From positions 16,640,533 to 16,704,532 of the forward strand of contig NC_083432.1 in the NCBI RefSeq assembly GCF_020745735.1: a stretch of DNA of 64,000 nt. The letters run 5' to 3'. The notes below the pieces were generated by a model, which saw nothing but the letters and a program-made list of their open reading frames with translations, was not told the DNA's origin and did no database searches. Numbering within the stretch: position 1 is the stretch's first letter; the number at the start of each line of letters is the position of its first letter. The stretch is from Hemiscyllium ocellatum. Its lineage: Eukaryota. Shown piece after piece: positions 37,050 to 49,924 of the stretch. The translations under genes and the position numbers were made by a program.

Positions 37050-38480
37050 CATTGCTGAGACTTGCTGTCAGGGGACAGTCTATAATCGCGATTGTGATCT
37101 CTGAAGGGAGTATGGAACAATTCAGGTGGTGTTGGAAGGATGGCAAAGAATGTATTTCAGAAGGACCACACTTTCTTCAAAAGAAAATTGTAAAATTTGC
37201 AGTTTTGAAGTTGTGCACATCTGCTGTCTACAATTCTTGCCCCCGGCATTGAGCACTTAGAGTTATCCTTCAGCAACTTTGCAGCCTCAATTGAGTTCTA
37301 CAAAGAGGAAACTGCTGCAGCTGAACATTCTCATGGCAAAGCCCATTGTTTACTCTGCCGTCCCGACCTGGATGTACATTGACCAATTTGGGGACTGCTT
37401 TCAAATTAAGGACACCATCAAGATCTGGACCAACAAAGTAACGATAAGGAAGCAATCCTTCTATCCTCCCTCCAAGCTTCACTGTTGGGTAGTGACTTCC
37501 TGCATTCCCATGAGCAAATCTGTTCCTGTGGCAAATCTGGCCAAGTGGTGGCCAAATGTAGGACATTTATCCTTGAGACATGCAAGCAGGAAGAACATCA
37601 CATAAATCTGCATGGTGAGTTAGGCCACCTCTACAAAGGCTACCCAAAACACTGCCTCAGTTTTGTGAAGAAAATGGAAATTTAGGAGGGACACATGTAC
37701 GGAACCACTGTCAGATGGTCCTGCAACTCACCATCCACCAATCCCTCCACTGCTGTTTTAATCATTGTGTGGGAATCTGAAACCTGGAGCCAGGCAAGCT
37801 AACTCTATCCTATGCATGTGTTGCAGAGAAGTTTTCACCAAGTCCATCAGGAAGGTTGCGAGAATGAGAGGTGTGGCTATCACAGGAACTGCAGGCTGTC
37901 AGGTTAAAGCCTCCTCATCGATGGACAACAGCATAGCCTTAAGCTTAAATGCACTAATGGTAGGCAAACTGATTAATTTTTACAACCAATTTGAATTGGC
38001 TTCAGGAGCCAAGGTAAATCAAGGCAAGAGCAAGGCCATGTTTTTGGTGACTCGCCACACACATCTTTGTCCCTTTCACTGTCAGGTTGGGTTACCCAAT
38101 GTGCTAGTGGGTTTTTGTTTGGGTAAGTTTCTCCCCAAGCAGCATTGTACTTTGCACTATGGGCTGATTCTAGTTTTACATTTAGAGACAAACCTCAAAC
38201 GCACCTGGATGGTCAACAACTCTGTGAAAGATGCTCTTCGGTCTGCCTGAAAACTGCTGTCTTCCAATACGTGGAGCTGCTCTTGATTCAAGTGTTGAAA
38301 ATTAGCACATTCTAAGTCAAGGACCACATTCAAACTGATGCAGTAAAAGCTCAGGGCAGTTGTTACAGAGGCACAATGGCAAAAGGATGTTGCTGAGGCC
38401 TTTCTATAACAGCATAGAAACCACAGAACCCTTTGTGCTGAGTACATTGCAAAGAAAGTACATTATGAAACCAGAGTATT
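37050..38480 (+). mobile_element. Highly decayed Tx1-like LINE (ORF1 with zinc-knuckle remnants fused to ORF2 pieces)
   Basis: CSCGKSGQVVAKC, GELGHLYKGYP; QVKASSSMD, NQFELASGAKVNQGKSKAM, NSVKDALRSA. Confidence 0.7.
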
Positions 38481-38566
38481 AAAACTATTTTGAGGCATCT
38501 CAATGAGAGAAAACAAAAGAACGATTGGATTATCTATCATTTCTGTTTTAAAATATGAAGAGTTTA

Positions 38567-38835
38567 CTTGTTCTCCCAATGCCTGCGTGGGTTTCCTCTG
38601 GGTGCCCTGGTTTCCTCCTATAGTCGAAAGACATGCAGGTTAAGTGGATTGGCCATGCTAAATTTCCCACAGCATCTAAGCATATGCAGGCTAGGTGGAT
38701 GAGCCATGGGAAGTGCAGGGTTATAGGGACGTGATGGGGGACTGGATCTGGGTGAGATGCTCTTTGTAGGATCAGTGCAGGACTCAATGGGCCAAATGAC
38801 CCCTTTCTGCACTTTAAGGATTCTATGATTCTATT
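38567..38835 (+). mobile_element. HE1-like SINE, 5' truncated
   Basis: tgcgtgggtttcctctgggtgc...ggccatgctaaatt; tail gattctatgattct. Confidence 0.75.
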
Positions 38836-40189
38836 AAAATGTTGTTGCTCTCTGATAGTACATGGAATGTATTTCAGAAAAATTAAAGCGATTACAATTG
38901 GATTGAGTTGAGTGGAACAAGCTGGATGGAAACAAGTTGAATTCTATCGCAAATTTTGTAACATTCAAGTAGAAATGTTTTGTGATGTATGTTAACAAAT
39001 TTTTTGAAGGTGCTATATTTTTGGAAAGAAGATTGGATTGATAACAGTTCATTTCACATTTAGTCAAGGCCCCTTCAGAATAACAGGGGCTAGGAGTCAG
39101 GGAGGCTAAATTGGCATAAAAAGCACAATAAAATGGTCCAATAAACGAATATGTAATTTGCTTTCATGATGCTTACTTCTTAATTTAAAGTACCTCAGCT
39201 AACAGCTCACACTAACTTGGTTAAGGACAAGCCTCCTGCTTGTCACCATACTCTAACTAGCCAGTATGAACAACACATTTAACAATTATCATACTATAGC
39301 AACTTGAAGTCCAATGGCAGTGTCCATGGAGAAGTTGTCTTTTCTCTGTTAAGCCAAGGCTCTCACCACCCTTGCACAAATGTTATCATCAAAAGTCTCC
39401 CCACAAACATTCTAAGTTTCATTTCAAAGCACTCTTTTGCCAGTGAGGTAAATCTGTCGATTATCAGGAGTTTGGGGGTCTCTAGATACATTTTGGAAGA
39501 AACCACTCTGAAATAAATGCCTTCCTTTCTGTTCTTCCTTTCTATTTTAAAAGTCTGATGTCTCAAATAAATGTAGTTTCTCAACATGTAGATAAAGAGG
39601 GAGGGGAGAGGAAATACTGTGGGCAATCCATTTGAAAAAAACATGTCAAGAACATCTAATTGAAAGGTATAAACCCTAATCTTATCCTGTTCTTTTTGGT
39701 TTCAGACAGTAATTAGCCTGTTGTATATTTCAAGCACATCTTGAACCATTATCACTCTAATCTAATGTTAGAGTCCTCTGTGATTACTCTTCACATTTAC
39801 CATCTGTTGAACGTATGCTGGCTCTACGGCCCTTTGCATCTTCTGCCATGCTGTAATAAATGAACTTCAGTGAATAATAAATCAAATCTCTTAAACATAC
39901 CCCCATCGTATATTCCCATACATGTGGCTATTGGTATCCAGGATTTTACAAGTCATTAATGCATACTCTCCAGGACTGTACAGTATTAAATTGTAAATTA
40001 TTCACAAAATCTTATGAAACTCTTTCATCTAGTATTTCATTTTTTCATGATTTTTCTTTTATTCTTTCTCAAAATGTGGACATAAGTTTATTGCATGTCC
40101 CTGTTTATCTTCAAGGTGGGTGTGAGCCACCTTCTTGGACCACAGTAGCCCATGTGTGCAGTTACAACCAGTGCTGCTAGGCAGAGAAT

Positions 40190-40570
40190 ACTGTATTGCC
40201 TTTGAGTCATGAGCATGTAGGTTCAAGTCCCACTCCAAAGTCTTGAGGGCAAATTCCAGTTAACCCTCCACAGCTGTACTGAAGGAAAGCCACACTATCA
40301 AAAGTGCTGCCTTACAAGTGAAAACTTTAAACCAGGGGCTCTGCTAGCCCTTGCATAAAAAATTCAAGCATCATTATTCAAAGTGCAATGAAGTTCTCTT
40401 TGGTGCCTTGGACAACATTTATCCCTCAACCAATAATACTAAAAAACATTATCTAGTTGTTAGCCCATTAGTGTGCAAAGTGGTCACACTAAAGTAACTT
40501 CATTTTGAATTATATTTAACTTGAGAGAACTTTGGAGTATTCCCACTATACAAATCAGAGTCTCTTTCTT
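40190..40570 (+). mobile_element. Deu-domain-type (SacSINE1-like) SINE, diverged
   Basis: ggttcaagtcccactcca..cttgag..gtactgaagga..cacactatcaaaagtgctgcc..ttaaaccagggg. Confidence 0.5.
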
Positions 40571-42944
40571 TAATGGGATTATTAACCCATTATTGAATGA
40601 GTGTAAGATTAATTTTTAACTCATTCACCGGATATGGGCATCACTAGCTGGGCCAGCACTTATTGTTAATCTCTAATTAGCTGTGAGAAAGTGGTGAATA
40701 ACTAACAATGGAATGTCAGATGAATCCATCAGTTTCAGAACTATGATATTCCTCATTGTAATTACTTGTGCATTGAGCTATGTTTTTACATGTAATTTCA
40801 CTTTTAATTGGATATTCAACTGTGGCGTGATTCTGTGATCCAGCGCACACAAGGAGGAATCATTCTCTCACGATAGGCACTTCCGTAAGCATGGGCATGC
40901 AGTTCGAGAGTTTCCACTCTACAAAAATGAAAATTGTCTGCAATTTCCTTCAGAAGCACAGGATCATGGATTCATCCTTTATAAATGTAATATCAAGTAA
41001 CGATTAATAGTCGAAAAGCAGACTCTCTTTTGGAAACCTTTGGAAATACTTCACCATAAAAACTATCAGCCAGCATACATGGAATTCCTGCACACAAGAC
41101 TGTTAAAGATGTACCACCATTCTCACTTGGTCAGACATATTTAAATATCAGTTCTACTTCTGATCATTTCAAATAATTGCAAAAACAGTAGTCAGCTTTT
41201 CATTGGGAAACACCAGCAAGTTGCCATTGAATCCTGTATTCTACCACCCCTCTTCTATTCCTATTAATATGTTAATTGGTTTATGTTCTCCATGATAATT
41301 GGCAAAATAAACAGAGGTGAGATCAGATGATCCTTTCTTACACAACTGTTAATAATCTGGAATGCACTTCCTGAAAAAGAGTGGTGAAACCATATACAAT
41401 AATAATCTTCAAAGCAGAATTGGGTAATAAGTTGATGGGGCAAAATACTGGAATGTAATGACGGAAGAGCAGAGGGCTGAACTAATGGAGATGCTCTTTC
41501 TAGCGCAAACATATGTGCAAATGACCTCTTTCTGTACTGTGGGATTCCAGAGTAATAACTTAATGCACAGTTGTCAAATGATTATACTGTACTGAGCTGA
41601 TAGATTGCAGCACCAATCAAGCCTTTATACAGTGTAAAAAGGAGATTCTGTAGCCCATAGCCTTATCCTGAAAACATTCATGATTCAGTTATCTAACCCA
41701 TATAACAAACTAAAAAGGAGGAAAGCATGAAATAGTTAAGATAAATACCAAACATTAGTACACATTTTCTTTCATTTGATTCAGTTCCTAAAGCAACTCC
41801 AACAAGCAATCTCTGAAAGTCAGTCTGAGCCCCTATATCTCCCTGTCCCAGCACAACCTAAGAGATCACTAAAATTATCTTAAATGTCAAAATGAATTAT
41901 TTTACCCTCCCACCTCCTTGTATTTGGCTATTGAAACAAAACGTAATTTCTTTTCTCCCCCCAGTTTCGGTTCCTGCAGAACTATTTTGAGGTTTGCTGT
42001 GATGATTGCAAAAGACCTAACACAAACCAAAGTAGACAACTGTTCCATTTCATGTAGGATAGGTGAGCTATGCTCAACAAGTGATTCACTGAATTCCTGT
42101 TGAAGGTGAGAAACAGGAACAACTTAATGCAGGAATGAAATTAGAACAAAACTAAATGGAACACTTATGGGTGCATTGTCAACAGGAACCTATGCTGCAG
42201 TTTAATGAGCGACTAGAATGGTGTGAGTTGCATCATAAAGTATAAATCAGTTTTCCTTTCCTTAGCAGTTCACTATCTGACTGAATACCAATGAACCCAT
42301 TTTTTTTTTATACAGTTTTTCACACAAGTCCAAGTGCAAACTCAGAATGGTTGAAGATTGATTATTGCTATACACACTAGGCCAGTAATCCAGATACCCA
42401 ACAGAATGATCAAAATTGCCCCATAGTGTCCAGGGAAGTGCAGGCTAAGCCATGCAAAACTGTACGGTAGGGGGTGGGGGTGGGTGGGATGCTCTTCAGA
42501 GGGCTGTTGTGAACTCAATGGGCTGAATGGCCGATTTCTACATTTCAGGGATTCTATGATTCAGAAGTTAGAAATCCCATTTCTGTTTCCACCCAGAGCC
42601 ATTTGTGTAGCCTGGAAAAGAGTGCTAGCAGAATTAAAACCCACACCTTTCAATGACTCACTTAACATTGTTGTGGGCTCATTAGATGCATACCTCTGGA
42701 AGATTTGAGATTTTGATGAAGGCTGCCAGACGTCAGAAGCCCTAGAGAATCATTCCAGCTGGATAAAGTGGGGAAATGGCTTGGAGGCAGGCACAGATGG
42801 AAACAGCAAATGGAAGTGGTCTTTAAAAGTTTATAGAGCCTAGAAAGGAAGGAGTAGTAATCAGATCTTTCAACAACTCATTTTGAATGTACAACCTTTA
42901 CTACTGGGTAGGTCAAGAGTAGCAGATCCATGGGTACACAACTA

Positions 42945-43475
42945 CTTTTGGAGTATGGTGTACGATTTTGGTCTCCCTATCGGGAGGATGTCGTGAAAAT
43001 TGAAAGGGCTCAGAAAAGATTTACAAGGGTGTTGCCAGGGTTGGTGCATTAGAGCTACAGGGAGAGGCTAAATAGGCTAGGGCTGTTTATCGTTGGTGCA
43101 GAAGCTGAGGGGTGACCTTATAGGGTAAGGTTACAAGGTCTTTTCCCTGGGGTATGAGAGTCTAGAACTAGAGGGCATAAATGTCGGGTGGGGTGGGGGA
43201 AGGGGGAGAGATTTAAAAGGGACCTCTGGGGCAATGCTTTTTTTTTATAAAAGAGGGTGGTGCTTGTATGGAATGAGCTGCCAGAGGAAGTAGAGGTGGA
43301 TGGCACAATTACAACATTTAAAAGACACCTGGGTGGGTGTATGTGTAGGAAGCGTTTAAAAAGGGACATGGGTCAAGTGCTTGCAAATGGGACTAGATTA
43401 ATTTAGGATATCTGGTTGGCATGGAGGAGTTGGACCAAAGGGTCTGTTTCTGTGCTGTACATCTCTATGACTCTG
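42945..43475 (+). mobile_element. CR1 3' end
   Basis: Decayed LEY.V.FWSP / DVVK.ER.QKRFTR.LPG / LRGDL motifs and 3'UTR. Confidence 0.8.
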
Positions 43476-43924
43476 ACAACCAGCTGTACGTCCCCCACCA
43501 AGCCAAACATCATACTGACTTGGAACTATGTCACCATTCCATCAACTGTCACTTAGGAAGGATGTTCTAGGATTTTGACTAACAGCAATGTGGGTCTATC
43601 TACCCTCCAAAGACTACAGTGGTTCAAGAAATCAGCTTACCACTGCCTTCTCAGCAATTAGGATTGGATATTATATGCTTGCCAGGCCAGTAACACTCAC
43701 TATTGGTAAAGAATTATTAAAATCATACTTGAAGGAGTCAAGGATCAACCAGAGGGGAAAAGTGGACACTGATTGAGGCTTATTTCAAAAGTCAGCATAA
43801 TAACATTTACATTGGCAGTAGGTTGTGCAAAGACACAAGATGTCTGAAGGCAACATTGAGGTGGTATCTGCTGATGGGGTTGGATTAATTCATATATGTG
43901 GGGGTGTTGGATTCTCCTATCCCA

Positions 43925-44145
43925 GATGAAGCTGGCTTTCCACCTTACCCACCACCTCCATTCACCAATGGTACTCTGTACTGCTTTCTCCCCGCGCCCA
44001 CCTCCCCCTCATTTCTCTCTCCACTCTGCAGGCACCCTGCCTCTATTCCTAATGAAGGGCTTTTGCCCGAAACATCGATTTTCCTGCTCCTCTGATACTG
44101 CCTGACCTGCTGTGCTTTTCCAGCACCACTCTAATCTACACTCTA
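43925..44145 (+). mobile_element. Family A Penelope pLTR with mutated HHR (CTAATGA)
   Basis: attcctaatgaagggcttttgcccgaaacatcgattttcctgc. Confidence 0.75.
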
Positions 44146-45829
44146 GAATCAGCCCACCTTCTTTCCTATTTTGAGGCTGCCATGTTGACACCAGACCTGT
44201 CTCCATCGTGAAATTTCACTGATAGCGTGAAGATGAAAGAAGGGCCACAACTGTGGGATTAGTGGGACCATCTATTCCCATCACTGGCAAGAAAAATCCA
44301 GCCCGAGTTCAACATTCAGCCTGGCAGCTAGGGAATTCAAAGTCAATGCACCGAATACCATCCGGAACAAAAAGCTCGTGTTGGCGATGGTAGCCGTAAA
44401 ACAGATTATTAAAAACCCTCTGGTTCACTAATGTCGGGAGGATGGGGGTAATGACTACATGTGACACCTACTGGCTGGATCTAGCCTCTGTACCTCCTCT
44501 CAACGCAATCATCATAAATTGAGGGGTGATTGGGATGATTATCCCACCCGCCCTTGAGGCTTATAACTGACTAATTAAGGCCCATTTAAGACATTATCCC
44601 CTTCCAATGCCATAATATGCCAGTAGCAGAAGGCAGGTGATAGTTGGAGGCATCTTATTTTAACCATGACCTCTTTTTTTTGTGCCTCCCTGCTTGGCCT
44701 CCAAACCTACCCCCACCCCCGGCATCTCTCCGACCTCTTGGATAAGTGTAGCCATGAATCACAGGCAAGGTTATTTCCCATTGAATACCTTTGTTAGACT
44801 TTGCCAGACACCATGAAGGTGTCCCTTTCAGATTTAAACCTCATGTTCAACGTATCCTTGACTGAGATACAGCTGATGGCTTTGTTCGATAGCTCATTAC
44901 TGATTCAGAGACTGAGAAGTTGCATAATCAGCAATTCCACACTACTCTGCCAGGGTGATTTTCAAAAATAGTAGCTACCATTTTGATAGATGAAGCCAAA
45001 GAGGCAATGTTGGTGCCTGAGCAATCTCTTGAATCCACCATTCATGACTGAACCTATTTTGAGCGTCGATTGATCTGCTGGTTGGGGGATTGCTTAGCAC
45101 AGTCAAAGGCATGCTGCTTCCACTGTTTAGCATGTCTATAGCTTGCGTTGTAACTTTGTCACACCTTATTTTTAGTTACACCTATGTTATACCACATGAG
45201 TTAACCAATTGAGTTTTTATGACAATGGTCATTTATTATCAAGCTTGTGATTCTCCCTTTTCATCTTATGGCAACACATTTGTACAAAGTGCCTTTGTTT
45301 GCTTGCCATTAAAGTACTTATTTTAAAATGGCAGCAAATTTCATTGAAGCAATTTAACATTTGTTTCTGGTTTGAACTTTCATCGGAGAAATGACAATTC
45401 ATATGTTAATCTCGGTTTGACAACCACAGATTACAACTGATTTGTGATTATCAAAAGTATTATAAACTTATTGTTCAGCGTAAAAGTAAAATCATATTAA
45501 TAACCATCTGTGGCATTTTTGACACCAGGAAATAGCCTGTGCAACCTGCATCATTATGAATGAAATTACTTGGCCAAGCACAACAGCAATTTCCTATTTG
45601 TTTGAAACAGGAGACGATGTTGGAGCTGTACCAAAGGTATGTTACATTCAGCAGAAAATGCTTAATTGAGGTTATGTTCTGGGGCCTGTTGTGGCATTGG
45701 TGAAAGTGTCCTGATGAGTGAACGTTATCCTATTGCACTTCTTTATGTTGATCTGCCTCCAAATAAATTAAGGCCACCTCCCTACAAGTGGACTATGGCC
45801 AAGCCTGCACAGCTGGCTAGGACTCGTTC

Positions 45830-47010
45830 TTATTCATTCACAGGATATAGGCATTACTGACCAGATGAGCTGCTTTCTTGAACTATTGCAATCCACATTG
45901 CTGTAGGCAGATCCGCAGTACATTAGAGAGGGAATTCTAAATCAGGATGTTGATACTCAGGGGGAATTGGTGGTGTTCCCAAGCATCTGTTGCCTTGGTC
46001 TTAGAGATGGAAGTGGCTATGGATTTCAGAGGTGCGGTTGAAGGATCTTTGGGAAATTTCTGCAGTGCATCTTGTAGACAGTGCACACTGCTGCTACTGA
46101 GCATCAGTGCTAGAGGGAGTGGATGTAGTGGCAATCAGTAGGCTGCTTTGTCTTGAATGATATTAAGTTTCATGGTGTTGTTGGAGCTGCACTGATCCAG
46201 GCAAGTGGGGACTGTTCCATTACACACACTTTGTGCCTTGTGGATGATGGACAGGCTTTCAGAATCAGGAGGGGAGTTACTCAGTATAACATTCCTAGTC
46301 TCTGACCTGCTCTTGTAGCCATTGTATTTATACGATGAGTCCAGTTTAGATTCTGGTCAATGATAACTCCAACATGTCGTTAGTGGGGATTCAGTGATAA
46401 GTTTAGATCAGAGTGGTGCTAGAAAAGCATAGCAGGTCAGGCAGCATCCGAGGAGCAGGAAGATCGACATTTCAGGCAAAAGCCCTTCATCAGGAATGTC
46501 ACGGTCATTCCTGATGAAGGGCTTTTGCCCGAAACATCGATTTTCCTGCTGCTCGGATGCTGCCTTACCTGCTGTGGTTTTCCAGCACCACTCTGATCTA
46601 AACTCTAGTTTCCAGCATCTGCAGTCCTCACTTTTGCCTATTCAGTGATCATAATACCATGATTGTCAAGAGGTGATGGTTAGATTTTCTCTTACTGGAG
46701 ATGGTCGTGGCCTGGCATTTGTGGTGTGAATTTTTACTTGCCTGAAACTAGCCCAAGCCTGGATCTAGGAATACTGCAATGAATAACTCACCTGACTCCA
46801 GAAAACCTTGGTTTTGTAGATCTTGAATAAGTCAGGAGTGTGATGAAATACTCCTCACTTGCCTGGATGAATGCAGCTTTGACAACACACAAGAAGCTTG
46901 ACACCAGAGGTCAAAACAGCCCACTTGAATGGCATCACATTCACAAACATCCACTACCTCCAACACTGAAGCTCAGTAGTAGCAACGTGTACTATCTACA
47001 AGCTGCATTG
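45830..47010 (-). mobile_element. Old L2/CR1-clade LINE 3' fragments (part inverted) hosting a Penelope fold-back
   Basis: 46170-46240 is the reverse complement of 46835-46890; family-typical 3' sequence recurs at 15800-16010 and 27770-27970. Confidence 0.5.
46399..46639. mobile_element. Minimal fold-back element (family A) with back-to-back HHR motifs, 10-bp TSD
   Basis: TSD ATTCAGTGAT at 46389-46398 and 46640-46649; arms meet at caggaatg-tcacggt-cattcctg; tail only on the right. Confidence 0.88.
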
Positions 47011-47539
47011 CCGAAATATATAGCACGCATTCCAGAAGAGAGGAGCTTTCCTCAGTATTCTAGCCAACATTTAACCCCCATCACTACTGAAGCAGATTAT
47101 TTAACAGCTTCTCCTCTGAGAATTTGCCATGTGCAAACAATACCATTACAACAGTGATGACACTTCATAATGGTTCACTGGCTGTAAAGTGCCCGGAATG
47201 TCCTGAAGTCAAGATAAGTGCAATTCTGACTCTTATCTTGAGCTCTTCCTTATCCATTAAACAGCAAGAGTGTTTGTGCAAGGAGTGGAAGTTCCTTTGA
47301 ATGACTGTTTCCAGTAGAGGCATGTCTTAGCAGCTGAAAAACATGAACATGGGGTGGGGAGTATGAAAGCCAATGAGATGCTTAAAAGGCAGATAACTAG
47401 CAACCAAACTAATGTCACACCTAAATCAGACTAGCCCAGTATTTGGCAAAAAGATGATCTCATTTACAGCATAGCAGTCTTTCTGAGTACAAAAAGGGAA
47501 ACAAAAGACTTGCAATTATGTAGTACCTTTTAGAACCTA

Positions 47540-49430
47540 CATAGAATCATACAGGACAAAAGAGACCCTTCAGCCCAAATTACCTATACTATCAAAAACG
47601 ACCATAGTTACACTAGTCCCACTTTCCTGAACTAGGCCATTGGCCTTGCATGTCATGACACTTCAGGTGCTCATCCAAGGACTTGTTAAACGACTGAACA
47701 GTTTCCTGCCTCAACTATCCCAGTCCTGAAGAAGGGTTACGCCCAATATGTCGACTTCTACACCACCTGATGCTGCCTGGCTTGCTGTGTCCTTCCAGCC
47801 TCCTGCCCGTCAACTATTCTCCCAGACACTGCAGTCCAAACCCTCTCTATCCTTTGGGTGAACACATTTTTCTTCAAATCCCCATGAAATTGCATGCCTT
47901 TCACTGCAAAATTATGCACCCTTGTTAATGACCCTCCTTTTCACCCCATCACCTATTCAACTTGTAATCTTATACACCTCCATCAGGATCCCCTTAACTT
48001 TTTCTGCTCCAGAGAAAACAACTGGAGCTTACTCAGCCTCTCATCACTGAAATGCTCCATTGCAGGCTTTGTCCTGGTTAATCTCCTCTACAACTCCTCC
48101 AGTTGCTTCCAGTGTAATCACATCCTTCCTACTGGTGGCCAGAGCTACAAAGAGTATTCCAGCTATGACCTAAGCAAAGGTCTGTACAACTCCAACATGA
48201 CCACCTTGCTCTTATAATCTATGCCACAACTGAAAGTCAAGCATTCTATATACCTTAACTACCCTGTTAACCTGTCCTGCCACCTTCAGGGATCTGTGGA
48301 CAAGCACCTTTCTATTCCTCTAACCTTACTCATGTCCTGCCATTGTTGAGAACTCCCTTGTTCCTTCTTCACATTTATCAGAATTAAATTTCATCTGCAA
48401 CTGATTTACCAATCCAACCAATCATTTTATATCCTCCTGTAACCTAAGACTTCCCTAGTCTCTACCAACCACCTAGCTAATCCTTGTACCATCTGTAAAT
48501 TTACAGATCATTCCCACCCCCTCCCTGTTTGCTTAATTTATGAATATCACAAACAATAAGGAACTGTAGGGATCAATGCTGGGTATGCAACTACACAGCA
48601 GGCTCCAGTCATACAAAGAGCCTTCTACTTCCACCCTCTGCCTCCTGCCACTAGACCAATTTTGGATCCAACTTGCCAAGTTACTGTGGATGCCATGAGC
48701 TTTTACATTCTATCAGTTTGCCATGAGAAAATCTTGTCAAATGCCTTCCTGAAATCCATATAAAAATATGTCTACTGCCCAACCCCCCCCCCCCCCATCT
48801 AAACACGTGGTCACCTACTCGTAAAATTTCAACAGATTTATTAGGCATGACCTCCCTTTGACAAAGCCATGCTGACTATCCCTGATCATAGTTTGCCTGT
48901 CTAAATGGAGATTATTTTTCTCCTTCACTATTTTCTCCAATTGATTCCCTATCACTGATGTTTAACTGATTAGTCTATGGTATCCTGGCCTGTCTCTACT
49001 ACACTTTTTGTAAAGTGGAACCACAATAGCTGTCCTGCAGGCCTCTTGCATCTTCCTGGTGGCCAGAAGCAATTGAAAAATTTGGGTCAGGACCCCTTAA
49101 ATTTCCTCCATCACCCACAGCAGCTTGGGTTACAACTCATCCGAACCTGGGAATTGGTTCATTTTTAAATCCATTGAAAAACCCCTAATACTTCCTCCTT
49201 GTATCAATCTGCTTAAGAATGTCACAGTCCATCTTCTTGAATTCTGTACTTGCATCCTCTTCTTTCTGAATAAACACAGATGTGAAGTATTCATTTAACA
49301 CTCTACCAGTGCCCTCCAGCTTCATGCACAGATTGCCTGCTTGGTCCCTACTCTTTCCCTGGTTATTCACCCACCCACCGACTGATATACTTATGGAATA
49401 TCTTCGGATTCTCCTTCATCTTGCCCAATG
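47540..49430 (-). mobile_element. Decayed CR1 LINE with a small Penelope pLTR insert (~47720-47808)
   Basis: Minus-strand SQHGFVKGRSCL and YMDFRKAFDK motifs near 48740-48880; CR1 3'UTR near 47540. Confidence 0.8.
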
Positions 49431-49554
49431 TTTTTACATGCAGGATGTCCTACAGAATATTCAAAAGCACTGTACAGACATTTAAACAATTCTGGAATTG
49501 TATTCAATGTTACAATGGAGGTAATGCAGCAGCCATTATTTTTTTAGAGAAGTA

Positions 49555-49924
49555 CAAGTAGATGACCCTTTATCTGAAATCCCAACATCAGAAAAGCTCT
49601 AAAGTCCAAAGGCTTTTTCTGTGAAGTTTATTTTTCTCATTAATAAGGTTGTTTGGCATGCAAACAGTTAACCCAAGTTGACACCCAGTCGATGCGTGTC
49701 ACTCCGATGTGACGTTTGTTGGTGGGGCGTCTGTGTGTGTGTGGGGCCCAGCACTGGCAGACCTCAATTCTATTTTCAGGCCCATTTTACTCAGTGAGTC
49801 TGCTGTCTGGTAAGATTTATTAAAATTTCACCATTACATTTGTCATTTTTCCTGAAATTTGAAAACTTCTGAATTCCGAAAAACAGCTGGTCCCAAGCAT
49901 TTCGGATAAAGGATTTTGCACCTG
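49555..49924. mobile_element. Tigger4/Zombi-like (pogo/Tc1-mariner) MITE
   Basis: TA flanks at 49553-54 and 49925-26; TIRs CAAGTAGATGACCCTTTATCTGAAAT / CAGGTGCAAAATCCTTTATCCGAAAT; end ...CTGGTCCCAAGCATTTCGGATAAAGG...CCTG recalls Tigger4. Confidence 0.75.
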
